Assembly (NCBI GenBank): GCA_963806225.1
Contig: CAWDXG010000004.1
Location: forward strand, 1,152,001-1,216,000
Length of the DNA: 64,000 nt
DNA from: an uncultured delta proteobacterium
Lineage (GTDB): Bacteria; Myxococcota_A; Polyangia; Polyangiales; Polyangiaceae
Reading direction: 5' to 3'
In this document: positions 18,162 through 26,868 of the stretch, in pieces
How the letters are laid out: every line of letters starts with the position of its first letter
How positions within the stretch are numbered: the stretch's first letter is position 1
The notes under the pieces: model-generated
Databases searched by the model: none
What the model saw: the letters and a program-made list of their open reading frames with translations, nothing else
What the model was told of the DNA's origin: nothing
Position numbers and translations under genes: made by a program

Positions 18162-20789
18162 ATGCGAAGGAGTTCCCTGTTGTCCGCGGGCCTGCTTCTG
18201 CTGTGGAGCGCGGGAGCCCGGGCCCAGACGCGGATCGACGGCATCGAGCACCTGTTCGGGGCGTCCAACACCAACGCCGTCGCCGGACACGGCGCGCTCA
18301 CGGCCGGCATCAGCGCCGATGGCGACCTCACGGTGCTGTCCTGGCCCAGCCCGAGCTACTACGACCAGCTGGCGTACATCGCGTCCAACGATCTCGACGT
18401 GCGCAGCGAGCCGCACCTCGGCGCGCTCGACGGCATGGGATCGTACATTGGTCTGATCGTCGACGACGGCACCGGTCCAGCGCTCAGCTGGCTGCGCGAC
18501 GCGAAGTGGACGCACACGCAGGGCTACACCAGGGACGACGCGCCGGTGCCCGTCACGACCTTCACGCGCAGCGACCTGGGCCTGACGGTGACGCTGACCG
18601 ACATTGTCTCGCCGGACGCGGACGTGCTGACGCGCGACGTGAAGGTCGGAAAGAGCGCCACCTCGACGGTCACGAGCGTTTCGCTCGCCGTCTACGAGAA
18701 CCTCTCCCCCACCCTGTCGCAGATCGAACAGCTGCCCGTCGCCGACTGGGCGCTCGACTCGCGCAACGATTTCTTTGCCCTGTACGACAAGCAGAGTGGG
18801 CAGATCATCCACTTCCACCCGGACGATCGCGCGGTGATCAATGCGCTACTCGGTGCAACCCTGGACCTTTCCAAGGTCGACTACGGCCCGATGGAAGCGC
18901 TGATGAAGAGCACGCCCAGCGACGCCGAGGTCGACGCACAGATCGCGTCGCTCGACAGCGACGAAAAGCCGGGCGTCGCGGCCATCATCACGACCGAGCC
19001 GGCGCCGTCACAGTTCCAGGTGGGCAGCGACGCCACCAAGATCTGCACCCAGGTCAACCACCTCGTCGACAACATCCTGAAGCTGCCCCAGGTCTTCCCC
19101 GGCGCGGTGCTGCCGATCGACCCGAGCGTGGCCAATGCCTTGAAGTGCACCGACCAGCTCGCGAAGATCCGGAGTGCCCGGGGCTGGTCCTTGCAGCCGC
19201 AGGATGCGCTTTCGGACCTCGCGGATCGGACCCTCTCGGGCTCCCGTGTAGCAGCTGGTCAGACCAACGGCGCGCTGATCGCTCCGTTGACGTTCCAGGG
19301 CGCCACCGCGGAGGGCAGCGTCGACTTCGCCTTCGGCAGCACGCTCGCCGAGGCTCGCAAGGCGCTGTCCACGGCCGAGCAGAATCCGCCCATGGCGCGC
19401 CAGAAGGCCGCCGAGGACGCGGCCGACGCCGTGCTCGGCAAGGCGCGCCTGCCGGACAAGTCGCTCGGCACCCAGGTGGTGCGCATCGCCGAGCGCGCAC
19501 TGGTCAACGTGTACGTCGCGCGCGATCGCAAGACCGGCGCCATCTGCGCCAGCATCGCGCGCCAGCCTCCGTACTATCTCGACTGGCCGCGCGACGGCGC
19601 GTTCTTCGACGCGGCGCTCGACGTGGCCGGGCTCGACGACTGGGTGACGCAGCGCACCGAGTGGTACGCCGGCCTTCTGCGCGCAGCGCCCACGCGAGGC
19701 AACCTGCTGCTCACTCCCAACGTGCCCACCGACCCGACCACGGGCGAGCAGAAGTTCCCCGGCGACGCCTGGGAGATGAACTACTTCGCCGACGGCACCA
19801 CCGGCGGCCCCATCCGCTTCGAGATCGACAACACGGGGCTGCACATCTGGTCGTTGGCGCTGCACGCCGCCACGCTGGATGCTTCGGCACGGAAAGCGTA
19901 CGTCGACAAGATCTGGCCTTCGGCGAAGCGCGCGCTCGACCTCCTGGACCGCTGGACCCTGAAGGGCAGCGCCCTGCCCGCTCCGGCGAACGAGGACGAC
20001 CACACCGAGCTCACCAGCGAGCTGCAGGGCGCGATCGCCGTGTACTCGGCGATGGCCGCCGGCTCGCGCCTGGCGAAGCTCGAGGGCGACAGCGCCGACT
20101 ACAAGCGCTACCAGAAGCACGCCGCGGCGCTCGGCGACGCGATCATGAAGACGTACTACCTGCCCGATCAGCAGCGCTTCCGCGACCTGAAGGCGGACAA
20201 GAACCCCAGCGCCGGCAAGGGCACCGTGGCGTGGACCATCTGGCCGGGACGGCTGCTCGCGGCGGACGACCCGCGCCTGGAGGTGCAGCTCGACGCGGAC
20301 ATGGACGCCATCATCGCCAAGCTGTCGGGCAAGGACGGCGAAGGCGCAAGCTACACGGCCAAGAACATCGTCTCGGCCGCGCTCTACGGCAAGCCGGGCG
20401 GCTCGCACGACAAGGCCAAGCAGGCGCTCGACCTGCTCGCCAACGTGGCCACACCCGACACGCTCCAGTTCGGCGAGGCGCAGGTCATCACCTCCAAGCC
20501 CGGACAGCCACTGACCTGGTCGAACCGCGTCGCGCCGCCGCACGTGTGGCAGGGGATCCTGTTCTATCTCTCGGCGATGGCCCTCAGCCAGCCCGACCTG
20601 TTCGACAAGGACCAGACCACCTGGCCGCTGCCCACGGACGGCACGGCTGGCCAGAGCACGACGGTCGAGGCCGCCGGTGGCGGCTGCGGCTGCCACATGG
20701 CAAGCGGGAACGCGCCGTTGGACGGCGCAACGCTCGCGCTGTTCGGGCTGGTTGCGCTGGGCTGGCGGCGGCGACAGCGCTCTGCGTAG
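18162..20789 (+). CDS. Secreted GH15-like (six-hairpin glycosidase) protein with MYXO-CTERM sorting signal
   Basis: GGAGG RBS; signal peptide; GAICASIARQPPYYLDWPRDGAF resembles the GH15 Y.W.RD motif; C-terminal GGGCGC, hydrophobic stretch, WRRRQR. Confidence 0.75.
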   Translation: MRRSSLLSAGLLLLWSAGARAQTRIDGIEHLFGASNTNAVAGHGALTAGISADGDLTVLSWPSPSYYDQLAYIASNDLDVRSEPHLGALDGMGSYIGLIVDDGTGPALSWLRDAKWTHTQGYTRDDAPVPVTTFTRSDLGLTVTLTDIVSPDADVLTRDVKVGKSATSTVTSVSLAVYENLSPTLSQIEQLPVADWALDSRNDFFALYDKQSGQIIHFHPDDRAVINALLGATLDLSKVDYGPMEALMKSTPSDAEVDAQIASLDSDEKPGVAAIITTEPAPSQFQVGSDATKICTQVNHLVDNILKLPQVFPGAVLPIDPSVANALKCTDQLAKIRSARGWSLQPQDALSDLADRTLSGSRVAAGQTNGALIAPLTFQGATAEGSVDFAFGSTLAEARKALSTAEQNPPMARQKAAEDAADAVLGKARLPDKSLGTQVVRIAERALVNVYVARDRKTGAICASIARQPPYYLDWPRDGAFFDAALDVAGLDDWVTQRTEWYAGLLRAAPTRGNLLLTPNVPTDPTTGEQKFPGDAWEMNYFADGTTGGPIRFEIDNTGLHIWSLALHAATLDASARKAYVDKIWPSAKRALDLLDRWTLKGSALPAPANEDDHTELTSELQGAIAVYSAMAAGSRLAKLEGDSADYKRYQKHAAALGDAIMKTYYLPDQQRFRDLKADKNPSAGKGTVAWTIWPGRLLAADDPRLEVQLDADMDAIIAKLSGKDGEGASYTAKNIVSAALYGKPGGSHDKAKQALDLLANVATPDTLQFGEAQVITSKPGQPLTWSNRVAPPHVWQGILFYLSAMALSQPDLFDKDQTTWPLPTDGTAGQSTTVEAAGGGCGCHMASGNAPLDGATLALFGLVALGWRRRQRSA

Positions 20790-20798
20790 CAGCCAGCC

Positions 20799-22775
20799 TC
20801 AGTATCCGGTGCGGCGGATCGCGTGGTACGCGCTGGACGCCGTGCGGTAGCCGGCGACGCAGCCGTACGAGCAGCCCTTGCACTCGTAGGCGTAGATCGA
20901 GCCCCAGCCGTCACCCTTCTTGTACATGAAGATGTGCCCGTGGCTGCCGCTGCGGTACACGAACGCGTCCGCGGCCTTGACGTTGCTCCGCGACACCGTC
21001 GTCCACAAGCTGGTGTCGTAGTAGAAGTTGGCCGTGCTGTACGGGTGCGAATCGACGCTCAGGTCGGAGTTGCTAGACGGCACCTGCCAGATCTTCGCAA
21101 TGTATCCGGAGCAATCCCCGCCGTAGTAGCCGCCGTGGGAGCAGCTGGGGCAGCTGCCGTTGCACGATCCGGCGGTGCTGCTCGTGGGGCCCGTGGGGAG
21201 GAAGCGGCCATGGCCCCACCAGTACGAGAAGCCGACGCCGGCCTGCGCGCGATCGAGCGCGGCCTGTACCACGGCGGAGTATTGCGAGCTGCCGCCGCCG
21301 CTGCCCGCGCTGCCGCCGCTGCCCGCCGTTCCGCCCGCGCCGGCGCTGCCACCGCTTCCGCTCGTTCCACCGCTACCGCCGCTTCCGCTCGTGCCGCCAC
21401 CGCCGCCCGTGCCCGCGCCGTCCGGCTCGAGGCCGATCGATCCCCAGGTGTCCGAGCCGCTGTCGACGTGGATCGTCTCGGTGGCGGTCTGGTAGCCCGG
21501 TGCGGACACGTTCAGGACGTAGTCGCCCGGCGCGAGCTGGAGCGACCAGAAGGCGTCCCCCGCGCGCGCCGTCGTGGAGGAGCCGCCGACGACGTTCACG
21601 GTGGCGCTGGGGACGCGCACGTTGCCGCTCGCCGTCGGCGAGGACGTCTGCGACAAATCCCACACCACGCCGAGCGCGCGCCCCGGCGACTCGGTCGGGC
21701 CCTGCGCGGGGGGCTGCGCAGCGCCGTCGGCCATCGTGATCAGATCGGGAATGCGTGCTTCCAGGCCGTCGCCAGGGCACTCGGTGCTCGCGCCGGCATG
21801 GTCACGGTGGCCCTTGATGTCGGCGGGCGACGGCGAGATGTTGAACTTCTGCGCGAGGGCGTGCATGACGTGACCCGCGCCCTCGATGGCGGCTTCCGTG
21901 GGCACGTTCGAGCTGGAGATGCCATCGCACGCGCCCTTCTGGAAGCAGCCCACGAACGAGACGCCGATGTTGCCCGTGTTCTGGTGGGCTACGTGCGCGC
22001 CCATCCTGTCCACCGGGCGGCCTTCCCACACGCGGCCATCCTCGGTGACGAGGAAGTGGTAGCCGATGTCGCACCAGCCGCGCGTGTCCTGGTGATACGC
22101 CTGGATCGAGCGGATGCGCGCCGCGTAGCCGCCGGACGACGAGGGCGGCGTGAAGGTGTGGTGGATCGCCATGCGATACTTGTTCGCGTCCTTGCTCGAG
22201 CAGCGCGCCGGCCGCGCATTCCATGCTGAACGCGGCTGCACCAGGCCGATCAAGCTCGACGACAGTCCCTGGCTCTTGGAGCCCACGCCCGACGAGGGCT
22301 GCGAGTCGCCCGCAGCGATCTCCGCCGGCGTCACGGCGTCGTAGATCATGTTCTGGATGAGCTTGATCTGCTCCGACGGGATGCGGATCTGCGTCGCGGT
22401 CACGCTCTCGCCGAGGTCCGCGCGCGCCACCAGATGCGGCGCCTCGTGCCAGGTGATCTCGGCCGGCACCCAATCGGTCTTCGTGCCGTCCTCGCGCACG
22501 CCGCGCACCTCGGGGGTCACCTTGGAGCTGCCGACGTCCGCCCACAGATCAAACAGGAAGCCGCCGCGCGTCGCGAGCCCGCCCGCCTGGATCACCTTCG
22601 AGACGGCGTAGCCGCCCTCGTCGGTGAACTGCGACAGATCCGCGGTGCCGAACACCACGTCGTCCCCGGCGCCGGTGCCGTGACCGGTTGGCAAGTGGCG
22701 CTCGCCCACTGCCGGCGAACAGGCGACGGCGAACAGAACGAAGCCCAGGATGACCCAATGGAGGAAGCGGCTCAT
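20799..22775 (-). CDS. Lipoprotein: Amidase_2/PGRP N-acetylmuramoyl-L-alanine amidase + carboxypeptidase-regulatory-like domain + Gly/Ser linker + NlpC/P60-like domain
   Basis: Lipobox FAVAC; AIHHT, IQAYHQDTRGWCDIGYHFLV..DGRVWEGR, GAH, GHRD...TECPG; C-terminal DCSGY...GHIFMY; alternative ATG at 22784. Confidence 0.88.
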   Translation of the reverse strand: MSRFLHWVILGFVLFAVACSPAVGERHLPTGHGTGAGDDVVFGTADLSQFTDEGGYAVSKVIQAGGLATRGGFLFDLWADVGSSKVTPEVRGVREDGTKTDWVPAEITWHEAPHLVARADLGESVTATQIRIPSEQIKLIQNMIYDAVTPAEIAAGDSQPSSGVGSKSQGLSSSLIGLVQPRSAWNARPARCSSKDANKYRMAIHHTFTPPSSSGGYAARIRSIQAYHQDTRGWCDIGYHFLVTEDGRVWEGRPVDRMGAHVAHQNTGNIGVSFVGCFQKGACDGISSSNVPTEAAIEGAGHVMHALAQKFNISPSPADIKGHRDHAGASTECPGDGLEARIPDLITMADGAAQPPAQGPTESPGRALGVVWDLSQTSSPTASGNVRVPSATVNVVGGSSTTARAGDAFWSLQLAPGDYVLNVSAPGYQTATETIHVDSGSDTWGSIGLEPDGAGTGGGGGTSGSGGSGGTSGSGGSAGAGGTAGSGGSAGSGGGSSQYSAVVQAALDRAQAGVGFSYWWGHGRFLPTGPTSSTAGSCNGSCPSCSHGGYYGGDCSGYIAKIWQVPSSNSDLSVDSHPYSTANFYYDTSLWTTVSRSNVKAADAFVYRSGSHGHIFMYKKGDGWGSIYAYECKGCSYGCVAGYRTASSAYHAIRRTGY

Positions 22776-22786
22776 GGCCACCATGG

Positions 22787-22802
22787 AGCAGACACCGTGC
22801 CA
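22787..22802 (-). promoter_or_regulatory. Putative sigma54 -24/-12 element for the amidase gene
   Basis: TGGCAC-GGTGT-CTGCT (GG-N10-GC). Confidence 0.45.
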
Positions 22803-22868
22803 GCCGCTTCAAGTGGGGATTTCCCCTGATTTTGTTGCCTGTCCGGCGCGAGAATCGTCCGGAAGCGT

Positions 22869-22910
22869 CCGGACGGCGCCGGACGGTGCCGGACGGCGCC
22901 GGACGGTTCC
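22869..22910. repeat. Intergenic 10-bp tandem repeat, 4 copies
   Basis: GGACGGCGCC, GGACGGTGCC, GGACGGCGCC, GGACGGTTCC. Confidence 0.85.
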
Positions 22911-23010
22911 CGGACCGCGTCACGCTTGCCGTCCTGCGGCCCCCACCTCACCTCGCGCACTAGACGAGCCTGCCTCCGGATTGGCGCGACTCTCACGCCT
23001 GCTCGGCGCT

Positions 23011-23670
23011 CTAGCCTTCTTCCGGCTTCTTCTTCGGATCCGGGGCTGGCTGGGCAGGCTCTTCGGGGGCGAGCCCGGGCGCGTCGGGATCGGCGTAGCC
23101 GCCGGCGGCGAGCCGGGCTTGCATCGCGGTGGCCGCGCCAGGGGCTTCGGCCTGCGCCGCGTCGAGCATCTGCTGGCCGAACGCTTCGAGCTGTTCCTGA
23201 CCGCCCAACGCCGCAACGAGCTTGTCCTGCATCGTCGCCAACGCCGCGTTGTCGCCCGTTGTCACGGCTTGCATCAGCTCCGCAATCGTGTCGCCGCCAA
23301 GCGCACCCATCACCTGGCCCACCATGTTCGCAAGGCTGCCGTCGGGCGCGTCTGCAAGCGCTGCCGGCACGGGGTCCACGCTCACGAGCGGCGCCCACTC
23401 GCCCGCTTCGCCGATCTCCTCGATCACCCCTTCGTAGCTGCGCGCCTCCGGTTCCACCACGTCCGGGATCAGGAACACGCCACGCGGATCGTCGTGCTGG
23501 TCGAGCGCAGCGCCAAGCAGTTGGCGTAGCATCGTGCCGAGCTCTTCCAGATCGCCGCCGAAGCGCTGATGCGTGAAAACCAGCACGCCGTCGTCGAGCG
23601 TCTTGAGCAGCTGCCCGGACGGCAGCGGTAGGTCGCGACCCTTCAGCAGCGCGAGCGCGTCGATGGACAT
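23011..23670 (-). CDS. Hypothetical acidic protein
   Basis: GC3-biased frame from MSIDALALLKG; HDDPRGVFLIPDV. Confidence 0.65.
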   Translation of the reverse strand: MSIDALALLKGRDLPLPSGQLLKTLDDGVLVFTHQRFGGDLEELGTMLRQLLGAALDQHDDPRGVFLIPDVVEPEARSYEGVIEEIGEAGEWAPLVSVDPVPAALADAPDGSLANMVGQVMGALGGDTIAELMQAVTTGDNAALATMQDKLVAALGGQEQLEAFGQQMLDAAQAEAPGAATAMQARLAAGGYADPDAPGLAPEEPAQPAPDPKKKPEEG

Positions 23671-23845
23671 GAACGGCTTGTAGCACGGCGGGACCCATCT
23701 TCGTGCTGTACGGCTCGCTGGGCCGCGACGAGTGGGCTGGCCGCGCAGCACGTGGAGCGTCCAGGCACAGTCCTTCTCCGAGCTCCACGGGGGGAGCGTC
23801 TGGACCGCCCTGTCGGGGCGTCCGCGACATGCGATAGTCCCCCAG

Positions 23846-25714
23846 ATGGCCAAGCGCCCCATCAGGCTTCCGCTCGAGGTCGGAGTCTCCTCGCTGTGGG
23901 GCCTGACCGGTGCGGCGGCCACGCTGCTGCCCGCGCTGGCGATGACCGTGATGGACGTCGTCTTCTACCTGGCCGACGACCGCACGCAGAGCCACTACCC
24001 GGAGTGGGTGCAGTGGGCGGCGCTGGCTTCACTGTCCGCTGTCCTGCTGTTGCCGTACGCGTTCGCGCGAGCGGTAGCAGCTGTGCGCGAGCGTCCGAGC
24101 GACGTTCTGCTCTCGCCGGAAGGACTGCGCGTAGAAGGCGGGGGTTTCGACGGAACGTTCCTCGAGTGGAAGTCCATCGACCCGGGCGCGTCCAGCATCG
24201 AGGTGGAGCACAACAAAGGGCGTTCGCTGGCGCGGATCGCTGTGAACTTGCCGTCGTTCCTGGCGTACGTGGTCCTCGGGACGTGCCTCGGCATTCCCAT
24301 CTGGCTGCTCGACAGCACGATCACCCGGGGTCGGCTGCAGGCAGGCACCCAGCGTCTCTTCTCCCGGCTGCTCGGGCCGGGGCAGTACGACGTGTGGAGC
24401 CTTTCGGTCGCAACCGGCGACGGAACCCGCTTCGTGCTCGCCACTACCGAACGCCCGGTGGAGCGCGACTCGTTCCAGGCTCTGCTCGATTCCATCCGGA
24501 GCCTTGCCGGCGGCACAACGCAGCAGACCCGCGACGACAAGCCAGCGCCGCATGACATCGAAATCCTCCACTGCCCTTCTTGCGGCGCGGCGGCTACGCC
24601 GCACGATTCGGACGGTGTGGCCTGCACGTACTGCGGCGCGACCGTCAGCGTGCCGGACGAGCTGCGCGAGCGGATCCGCGCGCTCTCGGTGGTCGCCGGG
24701 CGGCCCGGGCTCGCGGCGATGGTCGAGCGGCTGCTGGACCAGCCGGGGGCGCGCGCGGTGTCGGGGCGCATGCTGGTGGGCGCCGTCATGATGTTCCTCG
24801 CCTGGCCGGTCGCCTTCGGCGTCGCGGCCTGGCTCAGGGCAGGGCACGTGCTGGTGCTGCAAAATGCGATGCTACTCGCAGCGTTCGCCGTTGCAGCGAT
24901 CCTCGGCGTGAACCTCACGCTCAGGGCCGGCCTCGTGGACCGTCAGGCGCTCCGACTGGTCACGCTCGACCTCGGGGCTCGCCCACCCCCACGCCCAGGC
25001 GCGCCGCCCGGGTGCCACGCCTGCGGCGCCCCGCTCGTCGTCGTGGCCGATCAGCTCGTGGCCCGCTGCGTGTACTGCGGAACGGACAACGTGCTGGGCA
25101 TCGATGTGCGCCGCGAAGCGCGGCCGCTCGGCAGAGCGCGCATCTCGCTCCAGAGCGCGATCGGGAAACGGACGCGCGAACGCTGGCTCTGGCGCTCTCT
25201 CGCGGTCGGAGCGGTCCCGCTGATCGTGTTCGCGGGCTGGACACTCGGTAGAGCGACGCAATACGCCTTCGACCCGCTGCAGTTGCTCAGGGATCAGTGC
25301 GATAGCGGCGAGATGGCGCACTGCCAGGAACTGGGCTTCCACTACGACATCGGCCTGGGAGTGCCGGTAGACGCGCAGAAGGCGATCGAGCTGTACCGAC
25401 GGGCGTGCGCCGGCGGCTATGGGCTGTCGTGCAGCAGTCTGGCGCACAAGCTCGCGAAGGGCTGGGGCGTCCCCCCGGACCCGAGCGGAGCGGCCCACGC
25501 TCTCGAGAAGGGCTGCGAGCTCGGAGAGGCGGACCAGTGCGAGGAACTCGGCCGCGCCTACGAGCAGGGCAAGGGCGTACCCCAGGACAGCAACCGGGCG
25601 CTGGCGCTCTTCCACAAGGCGTGCGCGTCGTCGTTTTCCAGCGCGTGTCGGGAAGAGAAAGCCCTCGCCGCGCAGCGGTCCAGGCGTCGACCATCCCAAG
25701 CTCGCGGCAAGTGA
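23846..25714 (+). CDS. Multi-pass membrane protein with two Zn-ribbon motifs and C-terminal Sel1-like repeats
   Basis: CPSCG..CTYCG and CHACG..CVYCG; several hydrophobic segments; C..LG..Y..G.GVP.D...A..LY..AC repeats. Confidence 0.8.
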   Translation: MAKRPIRLPLEVGVSSLWGLTGAAATLLPALAMTVMDVVFYLADDRTQSHYPEWVQWAALASLSAVLLLPYAFARAVAAVRERPSDVLLSPEGLRVEGGGFDGTFLEWKSIDPGASSIEVEHNKGRSLARIAVNLPSFLAYVVLGTCLGIPIWLLDSTITRGRLQAGTQRLFSRLLGPGQYDVWSLSVATGDGTRFVLATTERPVERDSFQALLDSIRSLAGGTTQQTRDDKPAPHDIEILHCPSCGAAATPHDSDGVACTYCGATVSVPDELRERIRALSVVAGRPGLAAMVERLLDQPGARAVSGRMLVGAVMMFLAWPVAFGVAAWLRAGHVLVLQNAMLLAAFAVAAILGVNLTLRAGLVDRQALRLVTLDLGARPPPRPGAPPGCHACGAPLVVVADQLVARCVYCGTDNVLGIDVRREARPLGRARISLQSAIGKRTRERWLWRSLAVGAVPLIVFAGWTLGRATQYAFDPLQLLRDQCDSGEMAHCQELGFHYDIGLGVPVDAQKAIELYRRACAGGYGLSCSSLAHKLAKGWGVPPDPSGAAHALEKGCELGEADQCEELGRAYEQGKGVPQDSNRALALFHKACASSFSSACREEKALAAQRSRRRPSQARGK

Positions 25715-25794
25715 TCCCGAGCCGCTTTCCAGCCGGAGCAGCCTGGGCTGGCCGCGCAGGCGACGTCGCCAGCCGGCGGCGAATACGGCAGGGT

Positions 25795-26868
25795 TCAGAT
25801 CGTATTCTTCTCGATGCTCTCCACGGCCCGGTCGGACAGCATGCCGACCAGCAGGATCAGCGGCGCGAAGCGCTCGTCCTTCGTGAGGCCCTGCTTGTAG
25901 CGATAGTAGATCTGCTGCAGCACGGCGACCGTCTTGAACAAGCCGAAACAGTAGAACCACTGGATGTTCGAGACGTCGCGGCCGGTCTTTTCCGCGTAGC
26001 GATCGGCTAGCTCGCGACGCGTCATGCTGCCCGGTTCAGCGGTGGGGCCCATGCCCACCTGCCTCAACACATCGCCGTCGCCGGCCTCGATCCAGTAGCT
26101 GAGCGAGGTCCCCAGATCCATCAGCGGATCGCCGAGCGTGCTCATCTCCCAGTCGAGCACACCGATGATGCGCGTGGGGTCGGCCGGGTCCAGCACGACG
26201 TTGTCGAGCTTGTAGTCGTTGTGGATGAGCGCAGCGCCGCTCTCGGCCGGCATGGTGTCGGCGAGCCACTTCGCCACGCGATCGACGCTCTCGATCTGGT
26301 CGGTCTGCGAGGCGTGGTAGCGCTTGGTCCAGCCCGTCACCTGCCGCTCGATGTAGCCGGCCGGTTTGCCCAGATCCCCGAGCCCGGCCTGCTCGTAATC
26401 GAGGCCGTGGAGCACCGCCAGATTGTCGATCAGGTTCTCGTTCAAGCGGCGGATCTGCTCCGCCGATATCGAAAGCCCCGGCGGCAGTTCCTTTCGCAGG
26501 ATGATGCCTTCGATGCGCCGCATCACGTAGAACTTCGCGCCCAGCACGCTCTCGTCCTCGCAGTAGACCAGCGGCTCCGGCGCAAGCGGATACACTGCGT
26601 GGAGCCGCGACAGGACGCGGTACTCGCGTCCCATGTCGTGCGCCGTCTTCACCTTGCTGCCGAAAGGCGGTCGCCGGAGCACGTAGCCGCCGCCGCCCGC
26701 GCGGACCAGATACGTCAAGTTCGAGTGGCCGCTCGGGAACTGCTCGATGCTGAGCTCGGCGTGGTCACCGATTTCGTCGATGTGCTCTCTGAGATACGCG
26801 GCTAGCGGCTCGAGATCGAGCTCCTCTCCTTGCCGTACACTGCGCGGACTGTCGATCAACTCGCTCAC
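25795..26868 (-). CDS. APH-family phosphotransferase (ACAD10/11 N-terminal, LvaA-like)
   Basis: QFPSGHSNLTY, VLRRPP, AHDMGRE, HNDYKLDN, VLDWEMSTLGDPLMDL. Confidence 0.92.
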   Translation of the reverse strand: MSELIDSPRSVRQGEELDLEPLAAYLREHIDEIGDHAELSIEQFPSGHSNLTYLVRAGGGGYVLRRPPFGSKVKTAHDMGREYRVLSRLHAVYPLAPEPLVYCEDESVLGAKFYVMRRIEGIILRKELPPGLSISAEQIRRLNENLIDNLAVLHGLDYEQAGLGDLGKPAGYIERQVTGWTKRYHASQTDQIESVDRVAKWLADTMPAESGAALIHNDYKLDNVVLDPADPTRIIGVLDWEMSTLGDPLMDLGTSLSYWIEAGDGDVLRQVGMGPTAEPGSMTRRELADRYAEKTGRDVSNIQWFYCFGLFKTVAVLQQIYYRYKQGLTKDERFAPLILLVGMLSDRAVESIEKNTI

